Shown piece by piece: positions 60,444 to 64,000 of a stretch of 64,000 nucleotides of DNA. The position numbers and the translations under genes were made by a program. The notes beneath the pieces were generated by a model that had not been told where the DNA came from, ran no database searches, and worked only from the letters and a program-made list of their open reading frames with translations. Within the stretch, counting starts at the first letter, position 1, and each line of letters starts with the position of its first letter. Location of the stretch: the NCBI GenBank assembly GCA_041750285.1, contig JBGSZS010000004.1:32001-96000 (forward strand). The letters run 5' to 3'. Source of the stretch: Candidatus Fermentibacteraceae bacterium. GTDB lineage: Bacteria; Fermentibacterota; Fermentibacteria; Fermentibacterales; JCC-6.

Positions 60444-61673
60444 ATGCAGGCAAAAAACTACGACGCGCAACTGCATCTTGAGTCGTGTACGCGTATCTGG
60501 CGGGAGGTGTCCTGGCTTCCCGACTGGGCCCCAGGTGTGGCTGCCATGGAGAGGTATTTCAGTGACAACCAGTGCCTGGTGGTCGATCTCGACGGACAGC
60601 CGGAGGGCATGTCGGTTGCCGTGCCTGGAACGATGCGCCATTTGGGGAACAGCATTCCCTTTCTGGCGGTGACCAGCGTTACGGTCGGAAACGCCGGAAG
60701 GAAGCGCGGCCTGGGCACACTTGTCACCGGGGAGGCAACTGCAAGGGGAGCTTCGGAGGGATGCCTGGTGGCGGGCCTGGGGATATTCGAGCAGGGCTAC
60801 TACAATCGGCTCGGTTACGGCAACGGCCCCTACAACAGGATCGTCACGTTCTGCCCCTCCGACCTCCCCCGCGATCTTCCGTACCCGGAGCGGGTCTGCA
60901 GACTTGGGTCTGAGAACCTCGACGAGGTGTACAGCAACATCTGCAACCGTATGCCCTGTCACGGACAGGCTCTGCTCGGCAGAAGCTTCTACGACGCGGA
61001 ACTTCAATGGGAGAGCAAGTTCATAGGTCTGGGCTGCCGAAACGCCGAAGGACATCTAACGCACCACATGTGGTACAGCCCATCCGGGGAAAGGGGTCCG
61101 CACAGGGTCTCGTGGCTTTGCTACCGGAACGGCCAAGAGCTCATGGAACTACTTGGTCTGATACGAAGCCTCGGTGATCAGGTCGACCTGATGATCATGG
61201 AGGAACCCCCCCACATTCAGTTCCAGGACCTCATGAGAACTCCCATGCGGAGCATGAGAATGCTTTCGGGTGAGGGCAAGAGGGTCGGTATCAGAGCATT
61301 TTCCTACACCCAGGCCAGGATACTCGACCTTCCCGGAGTTCTCCGTAAAACATCCCTTCCCCGGGGCGAGGTCATGTTCAACCTTTCGATCAATGACCCC
61401 ATCTCCGGCATCATCTCCGGGGAGAGCGGCTGGAAGGGATGTACGGGAGACTACACCGTTGTTCTCGGACCGGAGTGCAGAGCAGAGCCGGGGCATGCCA
61501 GGGGCCTTGAGAGAATGAATGCGGGCATCGGTGCTTTCACGAGGCTGTGGCTTGGAGTCAGACAGCCTTCAGTACTGGCGCTCACCGATGAGATCGAGGC
61601 TCCCGGCACGCTCCTTCAGAGCTTGGACGAACTGCTGAGGCTGCCTGAACCACGCTTCAACTGCGATTTCTGA
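60444..61673 (+). CDS. Eis-like GNAT acetyltransferase
   Basis: GRKRGLG acetyl-CoA loop, YYNRLGYG; about 410-aa Eis-like size; GGAGG RBS. Confidence 0.7.
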   Translation: MQAKNYDAQLHLESCTRIWREVSWLPDWAPGVAAMERYFSDNQCLVVDLDGQPEGMSVAVPGTMRHLGNSIPFLAVTSVTVGNAGRKRGLGTLVTGEATARGASEGCLVAGLGIFEQGYYNRLGYGNGPYNRIVTFCPSDLPRDLPYPERVCRLGSENLDEVYSNICNRMPCHGQALLGRSFYDAELQWESKFIGLGCRNAEGHLTHHMWYSPSGERGPHRVSWLCYRNGQELMELLGLIRSLGDQVDLMIMEEPPHIQFQDLMRTPMRSMRMLSGEGKRVGIRAFSYTQARILDLPGVLRKTSLPRGEVMFNLSINDPISGIISGESGWKGCTGDYTVVLGPECRAEPGHARGLERMNAGIGAFTRLWLGVRQPSVLALTDEIEAPGTLLQSLDELLRLPEPRFNCDF

Positions 61674-62232
61674 GTTCCAGCCCTGGAAAGAGGTCCTTCA
61701 CGCCGGGGTTGTTCCTGTCCCTCTCTGAAAGAATGGGATTCAGGGTCCCCCAGTGCACGGCGAGCGTCGGGTCATCCCATGCGACACCCTGCTCGTCGGT
61801 TCCGTCATAGAACCTGTTGACGGCGTAGACCAGCCTGGCATCGGTCAGGGCCAGGAAACCGTGGGCAACCATCGGGGGAATGAAAAGGCATGTGTGATCG
61901 TCCGCGGAAAGGTCAAGCACCGCTGTTTTGAGGAACGAGGCTGATCCGGGCCTGAGGTCTGCCACCACGGCTCGCATCGATCCGGACACGGGAACCCACC
62001 AGTCGGACTGGGTCCGGTGGAAGTGAAGCCCCCTCAGGCTGCCTGCCCTGGTTTCGCTGAGGTTGAGCTGGATGTCGCCCGTGAACTGCTCAGGCAGCCA
62101 CTCCGACCGGAAAACCTCCCCGAAACATCCCCTGCAGTCGGGCCGCACTGCAAACCGTACAAGTTCGACCCCGGCCATCCCGTCAATTGATCCCCTGCTG
62201 ACCGGATCCATCAAAACCCCCATATTCTGCAA
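61657..62232 (-). CDS. rmlC: dTDP-4-dehydrorhamnose 3,5-epimerase family protein
   Basis: D.RG.F.E, LRGLHF, DLRPGS, PPMVAHGF, WDDP; start approximate. Confidence 0.85.
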   Translation of the reverse strand: MQNMGVLMDPVSRGSIDGMAGVELVRFAVRPDCRGCFGEVFRSEWLPEQFTGDIQLNLSETRAGSLRGLHFHRTQSDWWVPVSGSMRAVVADLRPGSASFLKTAVLDLSADDHTCLFIPPMVAHGFLALTDARLVYAVNRFYDGTDEQGVAWDDPTLAVHWGTLNPILSERDRNNPGVKDLFPGLELRNRS

Positions 62233-62265
62233 AGTCCAGGTTCAAGCTTCACGAAGGGAGCCGTT

Positions 62266-62883
62266 TTGAAAAGAAGCGAAGTCCTCGGAATCATACTAGG
62301 TAAGCTTCCCGAAATGTATCCCGATGCCAGGTGCATGCTTGAATTCCGGAACCCCTGGCAGCTTCTCGTGGCAACTGTTCTGTCCGCCCAGACAACCGAC
62401 GAAGCGGTGAACCGGGTGACACCGGTGTTGTGGCAGGCCTATCCCACGCTTCGGGAGCTTGCCGCGGCCGGGCAGACCGAAGTCGAGAGGATAGTCCACC
62501 CCCTGGGTTTCTTCAGGAACAAGGCCAGGTCGATCATAGGCGCGGCAAGGCACCTGACCGCTCTTGAACACTTCCCTTCGACGATGGAAGAGCTGCTTAA
62601 GGTCCCTGGCGTGGGAAGGAAGACCGCGAACGTTGTACTCGGAGAATGCTTTCATGTCCCCGCCATAATAGTAGACACGCACGTGAAACGCCTGTCCGGC
62701 AGACTCGACCTGACTGACGAAACGGACCCCGACAGGATCGAACTCGACCTCAGGAAGCAGATCCCCGAAAACCTCCAGACCTCCTTCAGCCACCAGCTCG
62801 GTTTCCACGGCCGCGCCCTCTGCAAGGCCCGTTCCCCACTCTGCCCCCTCTGCCCCTTCGTTTTCTGCAGGGGACGGACTTAG
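62266..62883 (+). CDS. nth: Endonuclease III
   Basis: LSAQTTD, HhH PGVGRKTANV, VDTHV, C-terminal four-Cys cluster. Confidence 0.92.
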   Translation: MKRSEVLGIILGKLPEMYPDARCMLEFRNPWQLLVATVLSAQTTDEAVNRVTPVLWQAYPTLRELAAAGQTEVERIVHPLGFFRNKARSIIGAARHLTALEHFPSTMEELLKVPGVGRKTANVVLGECFHVPAIIVDTHVKRLSGRLDLTDETDPDRIELDLRKQIPENLQTSFSHQLGFHGRALCKARSPLCPLCPFVFCRGRT

Positions 62884-63050
62884 ATAGATTAGTTTACTGA
62901 GGTAAACAACACTGCTGCAGTCTCTTGCATGCAGCCACCCTCGACGCGCTCCACGGTTGGTTCCAGGGGCACAATAAAGCGGGGGGCAACCATTACTGAC
63001 TGCCCCCCTTTAGTTTACCTCAGTAAACTAATCTATCTAAGTCCGTCCCC
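62870..63050. mobile_element. MITE/REPIN-like 181-bp element with perfect 38-bp terminal inverted repeats
   Basis: 62870-62907 GGGGACGGACTTAGATAGATTAGTTTACTGAGGTAAAC is the exact reverse complement of 63013-63050. Confidence 0.7.
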
Positions 63051-63668
63051 CTAGTCGATGTCGCTGAGGTTGACGTCCCAGCGGTAGCCATCGCTGCCTA
63101 TGTAGACCTGCCAGAGCGTATAGGTGTCGCCGTCGACGTCAACGCATTTGATGTCGTAGTAGTCCTCGGCGGGAACGTTGAAGGAGAAGGAGTAACCGGG
63201 GGTGAGGATCTCGCTGCCGAGCCTGTCGTCGCCCCAGGGGCTGTCGCTGGGGTCGCAGTAGATGTAGTAGATGTCGTAGTTGCCAAGGTCGTTGTAGATG
63301 GTCACGCGGGCACTGCCGCTGTTGGAGGGAGTCGAGCCGCTCCAGTTTCTCTCGCCGAGGTCGCTGAGAGTGACGTTCCAGTTCACGGTGCCGTTGATGG
63401 GAACGTTCCAGACGATGTACTCGTCGCCGTCCTCGTCGATCAGCTTCACGTCGTAGGTGCCGTTCGTGACGGTGAAGGTTTTGCTGGCGCCGGAGCTGAT
63501 GACTTCGCTGGAGCCCAGCCAGTCGTTACCCCAGCTGTCGCTGGAGGTTTCGGAGATGTACACGTAATAGATCGAATATCCGCCTGTTGAGTTGGTAATC
63601 TGAAGGCGGCCCGCAAATGCCGGAACAAGCATTCCCAGAGCCAGGAGAATTATCGCAACGCTTTTCAA
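63051..63668 (-). CDS. Secreted hypothetical protein with two tandem ~90-aa beta-rich domains
   Basis: Probable TTG start at 63668, signal peptide, duplicated IYY.Y....WG.D.LGS...YD.K..D.DGD.Y unit. Confidence 0.8.
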   Translation of the reverse strand: MKSVAIILLALGMLVPAFAGRLQITNSTGGYSIYYVYISETSSDSWGNDWLGSSEVISSGASKTFTVTNGTYDVKLIDEDGDEYIVWNVPINGTVNWNVTLSDLGERNWSGSTPSNSGSARVTIYNDLGNYDIYYIYCDPSDSPWGDDRLGSEILTPGYSFSFNVPAEDYYDIKCVDVDGDTYTLWQVYIGSDGYRWDVNLSDID

Positions 63669-63849
63669 GGCTTTCCTCCCTTTTTTCGATTTTTCCTCCG
63701 CCCGGAGGGACAGTGCATAATGAGAAGATACCGTCCCCGTGTCAACACGCGGGACACCACTGCTACAACGTATACGACCGGTACATTCCATTCGGGACAC
63801 CGCTGAGCTATATTTCACAAGGAACCACGTTTCTATCCGAGGAGCTGCC

Positions 63850-64000
63850 ATGAACTTCAAATCCCAGGTCCGGATGGGCATCGGAGCCATCAAGGGACGA
63901 TTCGGTCACAGGATCCCGCTGAACGTAATGATCTCGGTAACCGACAACTGCCCGAGCCGCTGCAGCTACTGCAGCATCCCGTCGCGCTGCCGCCCCGATC
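63850..64000 (+). CDS. Radical SAM protein (N-terminus, partial)
   Basis: GAGGAG RBS; MNFKSQ...VTDNCPSRCSYC contains CxxxCxxC. Confidence 0.8.
   Translation, partial: MNFKSQVRMGIGAIKGRFGHRIPLNVMISVTDNCPSRCSYCSIPSRCRPD

Noticed and set aside
62870..63050. CRISPR repeat pair
   Set aside because: The repeats are inverted rather than direct, there are only two copies, and no cas genes are present
63750..63802. Direct repeat CGGGACACC upstream of the radical SAM gene
   Set aside because: Only 9 bp twice; compatible with chance

Overview
GC-rich bacterial chromosome segment with about 55 densely packed genes and one tRNA-Leu(CAG). No CRISPR array, prophage or transposase is evident. Several secreted proteins carry T9SS/FlgD-like C-terminal domains, including a C25 gingipain-like protease, which suggests an FCB-superphylum organism (possibly Ca. 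Fermentibacteria; inference only). Housekeeping content includes gdh, rocD, tex, fusA, msrBA, smpB-amidase-murI-rph-rdgB, rmlC and nth. The main finding is two tandem, diverged FG-GAP/VCBS-repeat secreted-protein genes (9650-10810 and 10843-12051, minus strand). Each is interrupted at the equivalent position by an in-frame TGA in the context Y-G-*-C-T-G, followed by a conserved hairpin with bacterial SECIS geometry, making them a candidate new family of surface-sorted selenoproteins. Other notable items: a PEP-synthase-like/nucleotidyltransferase/phosphoesterase cluster beside GDH, a 181-bp element with perfect 38-bp inverted repeats, a shared 5'-end hairpin on two tandem RRM genes, and a tRNA-3'-end-like remnant.
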